Assembly: GCA_002633005.1 (NCBI GenBank)
Contig: NMRA01001088.1
Coordinates: forward strand, 1 to 58,025
DNA from: Phoronis australis
Taxonomy: Eukaryota; Animalia; Phoronida
DNA length: 58,025 nt
Reading direction: 5' to 3'
Within the stretch, counting starts at the first letter, position 1; each line of letters begins with the position of its first letter. Below are positions 14,601 to 26,600 of this stretch, piece by piece. Made by a program: the position numbers and the translations under genes. The notes under the pieces are model-generated. The model made no database searches, was not told the DNA's origin, and worked only from the letters and a program-made list of their open reading frames with translations.

Positions 14601-17600
14601 GGAATATGATTATATAACCAATCAAAATTTATATACTGTCAAAAGTCATATGCTGAATTTAAAGACAGTACCTGCACCCAATTTGGAGTTATTAAGCCTC
14701 AATGTTGGTCGGAAGAAGAATAAGAATAAGAATAAGAAGAATAAGAAATATAAGAATAAGAAGAATAAGAAATATAAGAATAAGAATAAACTGAAGAAAA
14801 CCCAGGAACAACAGTACTCTGCGCTTACACGTGCAGAGTAATAAGAAGAATAAGAAGAATAAAATTGAAAAAATCCCAGAAACAACAGTACTCTGCGCTT
14901 ACACGCGTAGAGTAACGATTGAGTCGGATGATAGTTTTGACTTTGTTGTCAGTTATACGTACACATTTTTACCTACCAGCATGGTACCATCTCTATGGTT
15001 CAAAATGTATTGTTGTGAAAATTCCGATCAGATCTGCTTATGTTCCGTTTGTTCTGTTTAATTACATGGTAATTTTTACTATAAAAGTTGACCGGTAAGA
15101 TAGATTTTTTCTAGTTTGGTATGTCGAATCTAGTAACTTCCAAGTGGATGAGCTAAGTAGTTTTAGAAAAAAATCAATCCTGTCAGGACTACAATTTTGT
15201 TTTATCATTCATTGTATGAAACCGACTAAACTTCAAGCAATGTACATTTCCGTGCTTTATTGACCTTCAAAAGGCTTTCGACAAAAACGGCTTCACAAAG
15301 ATGTTAGTGGAAATCTGTATTTTGCAATGAAGTCTCTCCTCGCGAACACATCTGCCTGTATTTGCATAGACAATATGAACTCCGCTACTAATGGTTCGTC
15401 CTGCGAAATGAACACCTGCAGTCCAAGAAACAAGTGAGATAAAGGTTTGTCAACCTAAGTCGTATCAAGACCCTGGACTGACTTTCCTGTGACGGGATCA
15501 TTCTTTCTATAGGGTCTTCCACTTTTACTACACTGAAGTTTACATTAGATGGCGAGCACTAGTTTGGGTGTTATATACAAAAAGTATACACCCGTGGTAA
15601 CGTTTGGTTTTACTGTGTTCTAAGAGGTACCCACAGTTTTTTATTTTTATTTTTATTTTTATTTTTATGTCAGTTGAATATGTTTTATGTACTTGAAGGT
15701 GGTTGTTCCATCAGAAGCTGTGAAAATGAAGGATTTGTGACGAAACATTGTAGGTGCAAGTGTCCACCGTTTGTCGGAGGATCAAGGTGTGAACGGGTGA
15801 CTACAGGTTGGTACACAGAGAACAAGTGCTGCAAAGTGTGACTTGTCATTATATTTGAGAGTTCTTAGGCTAGAGTATAATATCCAGACCAGAATCTAAG
15901 TTGTGTTAGACGTAAGTGTCTATAATTGTGTGCTTTACAAAATAGGGTTTACAGCTGTAGTTTAAAAGTAATCAATTTCAATAGTGTGATAGCATCACAC
16001 TCCAGAACAATTATCTTGAGTTTTGAAATAATTTGGAGTTCAAGCTTGGAGGGTTTAAAAGTGATTTGCCTAAAAAATGCATGCAAATCCCGGAACTTGG
16101 GTGTCTTTAAATTTGCAATCTATATTCATACTGTAAAAATGGACACTCAAATATTAGCTTTCAAACGTTATTTTTTTCAAAAAAATCATGGTCCACTGTT
16201 TTCGGCTAAACTTTGCGTGAGTTCATTTTTAACAAAGCTAAACCAATCGAAATTAAAGTAATTGCAAGTGTAGCATAAACGATAACTATCAACGTAAATA
16301 ATCAGACAGAAATGAGAGTGCGCCTATATTTTAGTTTGAGTGATTTAACTATGTAATTGCTAGTGTTCGGATAAACACTACAGAATTCAAAACGAACTAT
16401 TCAGATAAGAAACATACACCGTTTTACTCCCCAATCTTATAACTTACAAAAACGCCTTGTTTGTGAAACGAACCTTCAAACAAAGACATTCTTGCTCAGA
16501 ACCCGTAGTTGTGGTAACCACAGGAACTAGGGAATCATTTTCATTGTAAGTTGATTAACTATATAATTACACTATTAACCATGTTTACGTTGTTTCATGG
16601 TTACTAGAATAATAAAATTACAATAATTTTGTCCTGGCGTTCGTCACTATTATAAATCTTGTTTAAGTTCGCACTCGGGCGACGCTGTGCTTACACAGAT
16701 GATTAATTCCCAAGTCAACCGCTAGCGACTTCTCCCATGATACATGTACATACGTTCTGGAAGCAGCTTGAAAGATGGAAGACTGGTCAAATATTCCACT
16801 CCTTACATCACTGAAGGGTCGAAATGAGTTTTTAATAACTAGAAAACTTATGATGTGTCGACGGAAATTGCCATGTTACTATCTGTTCATTAAATGTCTT
16901 TCCAAAGTTAACTATATCAGAGCAAACAGTGTTTTTACATTGTATGCTTCACGAACGCAACGCTGGAGAGTAGATGAAGTGTTATCTATTTCTTACAAAT
17001 GCTTGACCAGTAGCAACAGCTTCAGTTGCGCATGCGGTCGTCATAGTCCAAAATACATCAACGAAGAGAAAAACTTTGGAATAACCCACTTTTTATATCT
17101 TGGCGCGCGTTTAAGTACATGTATTATTCTGGTAAAAATTGAGTGCGTTCAAGTTAATTTAGATAATATAAAGTCCCTACCATTTGTCTTACAAACCAAT
17201 CTGACAAACGCGTTTAGAACAATATGTAGCCAAGTATTAGTAAAAACGAAAAGTGAAACAAAACAAGAACAGGCACGCACATGTATCATACTGTAGATTG
17301 CAACTGCATTTCTTCAATCACCATTAAAAAATATGAATACAAATTATACATGTAGCGGAGGAAAAAAAATTACTTCACTGCAGTTAATGCTGTTTGAACT
17401 ACTTGAAGAGAAGGCCCAAGCAGAAGCTCATCATTTTCCAACGCATTGCTGCCTCCGAAAGTGTAGACAGATGAGTTCTAGTATTGAGATTTGCTCAATA
17501 ACCTCATCTGACAGCAAATATTTGGCAATTTATTATTTTTTCAATTTGTAATGTTCGTCCATCACAATCACACTGGGTAAGCAGCACGTAATTCAGTTTC

Positions 17601-20600
17601 TTAGCAAATGTTTCGAAGTTCAAGTAACACATATTGTCGTGAAATACATGTTGTGCCACTCTGTGTTTGTACTGAGAGTTACACATCAGATACTCATGAT
17701 TGGATACAATAAATCCCAAATTAATCAATAAATTGTCTATGATAAACATGGTAAACAAACTCTGTGGTTACTCGGTACTCACACATTTCATAAGTTACTA
17801 CAAACTGAGCGCCATCTACGTCTGTAGACGACAAAAGCTTTTTGCTGAACCCAGTTATTTATCAGTTACCTAAATTAATAATAGGATCACTGGTAAATTC
17901 AAAGTTTCCAACTTAGATATGTACATGTATGTAAGGCTGCAACGAAAGACTGCAATTTGCAAGTACAGGTAGGGAAGTGAGTCATCGATGGTTGCCTCTT
18001 TTCGGGGATCAAAACGCACATGATCACAGTCATCTGCAGATCTACATGCATAGCTTGGGTCACTGTGGTTCGTCACTCGGATCACCATCGTTTCGGTATC
18101 TAAGGATGTCACTGCAACTAGTCTGCCGCAACTTGTTACTTTGTAAGTGAACACAATTCGGTTGCGTTTTGTTCAGTGCACAGAACTCATGAGCTAAGGT
18201 GTGCCTCGATTTGATTTCGTGTTCCCCTCAAGGTGATTTTCGAAATATATGTCTACATGTATCTCACTTATTTGATTGGTAATTTAAATCTTGCTTTAAA
18301 AGAACAGTTGCAAATTAGCCACAGAACATATTCCATTTTTGCAACAGAGCAATTCACTCTGCTATTCTAAGTACTAACCGTTGTCTTAGAAATGACACAG
18401 GGAGAATTTTTCTTTAGATTTGTAGATTTAAGGCCTAATAACCCAAGGTAACACTTTCAAAAGTCCAATTTAACACATAAAAAGAAATACACACAATTTT
18501 ACAGGTATGCTAGTGTTCACAAAAAGTCTGTTATATGCTTGTATCCATTTGTGTTTCTGCGTTTGCGTTGCGAATTTGACGATTGTACTGCAGTGGCAAT
18601 TTCAATTGAAAATAGAACATAATTCCACCCCTCGTCTCTCGGTAAAGAAAACATCGTCGAGGAAAACATCCCGGTTGTAAAACTTGTGATCGTGCTTGAT
18701 TTCATAAAAGATTGGTTGCATTCGATACTCCTGAAAATTCCCATATTGCACGATGTTCTCAGATATCTCTTAGCTCCTGGCAAAGGTCTCTGAAGTTGTT
18801 ATCGTCACCGTTGCTGAATCTTGACTCTTACCATATTCATTGTTTTTGAACTGTTTGGAATTGAAACTAAACAAGATTTACCAGTTTTGTAAAAGTTTTT
18901 CACTCGTCTATATAAATCAGGCGAAAACGCAAGGTTACTCCAGTCTTTGAAGGAGCTCGCAATGCATTAAATGATCCAGAACATTATTTATAACCCCAAA
19001 CTTCACTTAATGTCGAGAAATGAGAAGCTAAAATGACTTCCGAAAGCCATTGGAAGTGAACCACCTAATCACACTGGCTTTTCCCGCGCTTGTATAGTGC
19101 CTACAGAGCGCATCCATGTTGGCATGGCGTTGACATTAGGCGTGCCACTCTTATCATACGAGGGCGATGCAAATGAACGCATAACGTCGTTAGCCTGTAC
19201 AAGGGCTCTGTTTAGCGGTGAGCAATACTTAATGAAAGACAACGAATGATCAATTATACATGTACGCATGCAGTCAACGGCTTTGATGGTGAGGTCACTG
19301 GCATTTGAATAGCAATGTTTTAGATTTTGTCAGAGACACCGATTAAAAGTTTCTGCGGTTGTTGTTGAAGAATGAAAGGACTCGTGGGTTTAGGACTTCT
19401 TTGTACTAACTTTTATGTATAACATTAACAAATGCACCAACTTAAAAATAGGCATATTGCTGACGAGGAATTCTGGAAAGAGGTTCATAACACTTTGTGC
19501 CCTCAAGTGTTTGTGAAGACAAGAGAACTAATGCCAATACAACCCATTCATCTCCACTGGTTACAGTGTTACCTATTAGACCACCAAAACCCTGCGCTAT
19601 GTCCACTTTATTCTAAATATTGCACGAGTGAAAAGTAGTAATACTTTGAAATATTTTGATAGGATGTGGCAGAGTAGTAAATGTTCGAGACAATGTAATC
19701 ATCAAGTCGCCGGGATATGACCAAGGCTCCTATAAAAACGGGCTCAAGTGTGCATGGGTTGTGAAAGTAAGCTAACTACTTATATTTAATCTTATTTTTT
19801 ATCAATGTGTTATAAATATATAAATAAAATGTGAGTTTTCGTCAGCCAAACTGAGTTCTTGTTAATCAGAAGTCCAGGAAGACCTTTTCGAGCACATAGG
19901 GAGACTGTAAAATTGTGCTTGGTTCTGTTACAATGACACGCCGACTAGTGAAAGATAGATAGACTACTGGCAAGCATTTGATATTGTGTATTTGTCACAT
20001 CATCATGCTCAACTGTAATTGCATTTTTCCAGAGCCCGCCAAAGACTATAATGAAGTTGGAGTTTCTCGATTTTAACGTAGAGGACGATCTTCCAAATTC
20101 TCTTTGCAAAGATAGTTTGGAAGTGCGACACCTTGGTATGGGACAGTCGGGAGTACGGTAAATAAAAAGGATATGATTTGTGTGACCAGCCCAAGAAGTT
20201 ATACATGCTTGTAATTGTGTTATGGCCGAAAGCCTGTATTTTTGTTACAATAATAATAATTTGGATGAATCCGTTACAATGGATGGTTTCGGTTGGTATC
20301 TCAAGTACGAGAAACAAGTAATCACAAAAAATACATGTACAATTTTTCCTGTCATAAAGGCTAATTCTGTTAATTTCAAACATAACAATTCATCGTAAAT
20401 CAAACACTGACCATTTGTTGGAATGTCATGTAGTCCGAAGATGCCGTTGCATGCTCTTAACATACATTCCGCGGACCAAAATACTTTTCGATCATCAATT
20501 TTGTTGGCACACTCTTTGCATATAAAATATTACGTGAAATCTGCAGATTACTTACGCAATCCGGCGGTAATTTTGATGGATAGCGGTAGTGCATTTCCTG

Positions 20601-23600
20601 CTATTTGCAAAAAGGTTTTTGTCTGCCATAAATTTGGATTAACGAATTTTGTAAGGTAGACAACTGAAGTCAGTAAGTGTTATGTCACAAAGATATACTT
20701 TAATTTGATCAACATATGTTAGATGGCACACCTTTATTGCACTGTAGGCTGTGCGGGGACCAAATGCGTCGCAAATTTGAGACTCGTTACAGCAGTTTGC
20801 TGTTGATTTTCCGGTCGAACAGTAACAATGGACGCAAAGGTTTTAAACTCAAGGTTAAAGTTGAGTCTGAGACAGGTAAGTAGAGAAGAATGCATTGGGA
20901 ACGTAAATAAAACGAGAGATACAATATTCTATGGCCATGAATGCGCAGAGGTCAAAGTCTGAACGAAGTCAATCAAGTGCACCCAAGTATGATCTCCAGT
21001 TCAAGTCACTTATTGTTAATACTTAAAGGCGAAGGCAACCTTTTTCCATGTCATTTTGAGCTAAAATAAGGTTGGTTGGTTATCCTAGACATATTTTTCA
21101 CTTAATTACAGCTTTTCGTAATTTTATTAATCATTCGTCCGCTTTTCCGGAAGTGACGTTTTAGGAGGCAAGCGCTTCCCGCCAATTTCTTTTCACATAG
21201 TCTGACTGTGAGAGCTGCCGAGTCAGTCATTGTTCTACCTCGGTTGTGTTAAGTTCCGTCGTCGTTCGCTTTCATTTACTAGTCAGTCAACATGCCACAC
21301 TGTTGCTGCGTACCGGGATGTAGTAATTATCGGCTCACGCGCGCTTTGGGAGTGCCTTTGCATCGCTTTCCGATGGATGACACACTTCGCCGTACTTGGC
21401 TCGTTCGTGTGAAGAACGCAGCGTTACCCGTCCACGCAACGTACAAAGCAGTGGAGAATTACCGTGTGTGTGGCAAGCACTTTCTGCCGTCCGATTACGA
21501 AAGGGATTTGTACGCTGAACTGATGAAGGTCCCCGCGAAACAACGCTTGAAGAAGGATGCCATTCCGTCTGTGTTGATTCCCGGCAGTGCCCCGTCGCCA
21601 CCCCCGAGAAGTGCGTTTTTGAAGCGAGAAGCCTCGCGAGCTGTGGCCAGTACAGTGACTGGAGCCAGTGGAGGCACTTCATCTACTGTCACCCGTGCCT
21701 CCGAACGTACCCCAGAGCGTGCAATTCCTGGAACCAGTAGTGATTCGCCCTGTGCTGTTTTCTCCAGCCCAGAGCCTCTAAGCAGCCCTGCAGCGATATT
21801 GAGTAGTGGGAGTGATTACAGGCCCAGTTCGACACCCAGTGAAGAGGACAGTTCGTCGTCCAGTGAACAGATCGGTGAGCCAAACTTTGATAAGTTTATT
21901 GTGGACTTGTCTAAAGTGTTGGAGCTATTTAGAAGGTGCCAGGTGTGTGGCGAGGGAGTCACACGACACAATGTAAGCAGTTTGGGTGCTCAGGTCACCA
22001 TCCAGTGGGAGTGTGTCACGGGACACTCTGGCAAGTGGGACAGTTGTTCCTCTGTCCGTGGTATGCCGGAGGTCCACTTAACCATGTCCAGTGGTGTGCT
22101 CTTCACTGGAAACACGTTTCAGTCGGTGAAGACAATGATGGACTTTGGAAAAGTCAAGTTTTTTTTCGAAAACAACATTCAACAACATTCAGAATTCCTA
22201 TTTAATACCAGTTGTCAATGACGCATACATGTCACAACATCTCGAGTTGGTGGCGGAATTCATGGAGAAGGAGAACTTGTCTGACTCACCAGGGCGGTCC
22301 GCCAAGTATACCACATACACTCTAATGGAGGAAGAGACCAAAAAGATAATTGATGTGGAACTCGGAACAGCACAAGCATTCAATTGAGGTAGGCATAACA
22401 ACGCACACAGTGCATTTGCACCAAGATGTGTCACCACGTCTGTCTTCAGTAGCCGCCTCGTTTCTCTCAACAGCTGCCTGTGCCTGTGTGTACTCTGCCT
22501 CGTTGTACTCGGGCTCAAACATGTACCCACCCACTGAATGTCCGTGAAAAAATTCCTCGTCACCACTGCTGTGAACAAGGTCTCCGTCACTCACACTACT
22601 GTCACTGTGATACGGGTCACCGACTCCAGCCATTTTCAGCTTACAACACACTAAACAATCCCTAAATCCAACGCAGTTGAGTTCTCTACTAACCTATCTT
22701 GCCGCAGAATACTCGCCGATGGAAAGTGGTGGCGACAATTGGTGAAAAATAGCACAAAACAAAAGTAGAATAGAACAGATTCGCACAGTAAGCTCAACGC
22801 AAAACCAAGTGGCGGGAAGCGCTTGCCTCCTAAAACGTCACTTCCGGAAAAGCGGACGAGTAATTAATAAAATTACGAAAAGCTGTAATTAAGTGAAAAA
22901 TATGTCTAGGATAACCAACCAACCTTATTGTAGCTCAAAATGACATGGAAAAAGGTTGCCTTCGCCTTTAAGTGCCACTAAAGCTAAAAGCATGACGAAT
23001 TATTCTAGCGCTGATGCGTACGAGCCAATTTCATTGGCTTAGCTCATTACTACGAAATGATAACTCAAAGTGTTACATGTATATTTAATATGTGAACAAA
23101 TTTTGTCTTAGAAGCAGCAATCTCATGGAATAACCGAGTACGTTTTTCAAATAAAAAGGGTGAGGGAAAAATGGTAAAAGGTACAGTTTTTCCAATTCAA
23201 TTTACCACTGCCATATACAAGGATTTCTTCATTTTCACTACTACATAACTAAGGAACATTATTGTTCACAGCACATTTTTAAACCAAACAATCATTGCGA
23301 GGCATGTTTCAAGAATTCTGCACATCTTAATATGAAACAACTTTTGATTCATCAGATATCGGAATGAATCTCGTCAAAAACATAATAGCCCTCAATCACC
23401 TCCTACGAGGTTTTGTAAAACTCAAGTGGAAATCTTAGTTTCAATACAAAGCTTTTAGTCTCCACATTACAATGTGTAAAATGCATAGGATCACTTTGAG
23501 TGCAGTAATTACTTATGTCTTGGAAACAGTAAAAGCTTTTTAATGGATTTCTTACCAGTGCCAGTTCACTACATTGGAGCCTGTGTAAGGATGTTCCGTC

Positions 23601-26600
23601 ATCTCATTATTCCTGCATCCTTGCGTGTTTCAGATTGTCGATCCAACCCTTGTCAAAATGGAGGCGAATGCAAAACCAACGAAATTGGTATGGCTTACTG
23701 TAAGTGTGGCAAGAGAATGTCGGGTCGTTGGTGCGAAAGAGGTAGGTTATTGTTAGGAGAGTTAGTTTTCACTTCTGCTTGCGCGAACGAAATATTCGTG
23801 CCCACGCGTTGGTTGCTGTAACTTCCACAGACCACTTGGGTGTTCACAAGCTCAAAAGAAAATTGGGACAAAATCGCCATCTTGTTCCATGATCTAGCAT
23901 CAGTTCTATAGCCATGCACGTGGAGAATCAGCGCGAGATTTTAAAAAAAACTGTAGCTCGACAATTTCGTTAAAACACAATCCTCTCATTTACTTTGTAC
24001 ATCACTGGTTGGGTTCAGAGCAGCTTAAAATAAACATAAGTTGTGCTGCCGTGGTGCTTTACAGTCACCAACGCTATAAATGGCAACGGACGAACGTGAA
24101 TCGAGGGAACGCCGCATAATTGACGTCTGTTGTAATGCCTTTCAGAGAAATTATACCTGGGACTGCTATAAGGGTGGGAAGGAACTCATCCAACCTGACG
24201 AAATACTCCTATCATCAACGATAATATACATATACTGTATGAGTAAAACAGTCCATGCGTAGCATCCACAAATCAATCGAAACAATTACCAGAAATTTTG
24301 GCTTCTTAGGTATCATGCCTGAAACCTTCACCAGTATTATGTCGTGCCGCTAGATGTCGCTAAGTGTAATACAGGGTTTTACATGCGGCTGAGTCTGTAA
24401 GCACCATCGTTTCTGTTCAAAGAATACGCTGTACAATTGTAAAATGCAGACGGCCTCCATAATTCTTCCTGTATAATCATTAGGCTCTGTGTCGACCAAA
24501 AGTGGCATCCGAACAATCTATTACATGATTTGTTGAGCAGCTTGATTTGTGAATGTAGACTTGTGGAACTTGCTTAAGAATTCTTTATTTGGAGCTCTTG
24601 TAGGCCTAACTGACTTTTTCATAAGCTTTTTTCCTCGTCCTCTATCTGTTTCCTTAGTGTGTAACTAAAAATTTTCACTTTCACCGTCATGTACATGTAG
24701 GACCTCTTGTAAGAGCCACATGGAATACGGTGTACCATTCCACTGGTGTCTTCCTCAGAACATCTAAGATCATTCAGGTGAATCGGTTCTCGTCTAGTCT
24801 AATTGTTGAGGCCGGTTTCATGGCATTCGCGATGTTCAATCTTCTTATATGCTTTCCACATACGTGATGAGTACTATTCCTCCCTGCTGGCATTTACGAG
24901 GTTCAGAAATTTTCTTCTTGGGAGGAAATATCGTCAACGCTGTTCATTCCAAGGGATTCGAAAGGCGAACAAGAGACTCTCAAGTAGTTCAAACAATTAA
25001 ACGATGCACTGATCAATGTTGGTTTAGAGAAGGGTAAGGTTAGCGTGATACTTGATAAATCTGAGTATGAAAGCAAGGACAGCAATGTTCTCAGTGACGC
25101 TGACACTTTTGAACAGTTAAGGACTGAGCCTACAGGTACAATACCTACAAGAGTAAAATAATTGGTCATCTTCAGTCCCTGAAATGAGATCTCATTGCAA
25201 TGATTTTACCTCTGAAAGTGTACCTTATTACTGAAAATCATAAGGGATCGTTCGAATAGCGAAGATACTCCGTGTCAGAGGACTAACTTATGGCAAAGGG
25301 GTATTATCATACTGTTGAACCTTGAACTTAATATGACATATTTTCTGTATGGTGACAGAAATAGGGCGCAGTTATGGTTAGCTCTGTATCAGTCTTAATC
25401 CCTTCGACAGTCTAAAATTCACATGTGAGGGGGTCGAAAAGTTGTTAAGATACCTCAAAAAGGAGTCTCGAATTTTCGAATTGTCTTTTAGTTTGGTTTG
25501 TATGACAAATTAACTAAAAAAATGTAAAGTTTTTTTTTAATATTTTTTTTTGAGACTGCTGAATGAATATTAAGTTTGGAAAGTTTCAGCGAAATTCACT
25601 TAGCCGTTTTCGAGAACTCGTGTTCCTAAGTTCAAATTAAGCGATTTGCCGAAGCTGAGGAAAGGCCGATTAAGTTGAGAAACGTGAACATCTCAAGGTC
25701 TTCGGTTAATTGTTCAGTGGTTATCTTCTTTTCCGTTAATATAGCCTATGCAAACCTTAACCATATTCGCTATTTCAACATTCACTGGCTATGTCACCTG
25801 AATTTGCAATGCATTATTCCCTTAGTCACCACTAAAACGGTTAGAGTTTGAATGTGAGGCTTCCCGTATCTCTTTTTATCTAGGTCAGAAGGCGGACTCA
25901 ACAATAAGTAGGCCAACAGTCCATTGTAAACACACCACCCGCCGGGGAGAATAATATCGAGAAAGCAAGTACGAAACGGGCAATAGAAATCGAATCGGTG
26001 ATTAATGCGCGCTGTGAGCACGAGATCAAAACAGGGAAAAGTCAAATTACCGATCAAATTAATGACCTTTGGGGAGGATAAACAGCTTGCTTTGTTAGTG
26101 AACACTAAGTCAAAGCGACAGTTCAGCCACTATTCGTACTCCTTCTCAACGGCGTATGCATGCAGACGTACAACTATATTTTATCGTTTTCCGCGCATCT
26201 TTCTATGCTGTGTACACCTCGTTGACTAGATTTTTAGCGGCACAGTGAATGAAAAGACTGGGGCCGGGGGATTAGATTTGAGTGGCAGCCCTATAACCTT
26301 TGTCCTCGGATAAGTAGTAAACAAATTTCCACACGGCTTTGCGGTTTCAAGGTCGTTCTGCTAACTGTTTTTTTTTCTCATTACATGATATAAATTTCGT
26401 ATTTGAAGTTTCCCAATTATGTAGATAAGGTATTTTACTTGGCATTTGTAAAAGGTTGTAAAAATGGCCAATCTTTATGAATAAGGTTTGAGATATCCGT
26501 AATGATAAGTGTTAGTTTCTGCGTGCTTCTTGTTCAGTAAATGGCAAGTGGACCGAGTGGGGAAGTTGGACATCTTGTCAAAGTCGATGTAGTGTCCAAA

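Larger units (their letters stand above)
21027..22967 (+). mobile_element. Kolobok-type DNA transposon, non-autonomous deletion derivative, copy 1 (1941 bp, in astacin intron 10)
   Basis: TTAA TSD at 21023-21026 and 22968-22971; AG...CT termini; 158-bp TIRs (21027-21184, 22810-22967); THAP transposase on + and a Cys-rich second gene on -. Confidence 0.9.

Noticed and set aside
14563-14885. Lys/Asn-rich and Phe/Leu-rich ORFs
   Set aside because: Translation of the (AAGAAT)n tract.
16775-17296. 173-aa ORF in astacin intron 7
   Set aside because: No recognisable motif, and exons 7 and 8 join in frame without it.
22159-22166. Programmed frameshift at the T8 run
   Set aside because: The downstream frame is itself deleted and catalytically incomplete; a homopolymer slip inherited from the parent copy is simpler.
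21292-22221. THAP ORF as a domesticated host gene or a P element
   Set aside because: Lies within TTAA-flanked TIRs in two identical copies; TTAA TSD, AG...CT ends and DSPG motif fit Kolobok, not P (7-8 bp TSD) or piggyBac (CC...GG ends).
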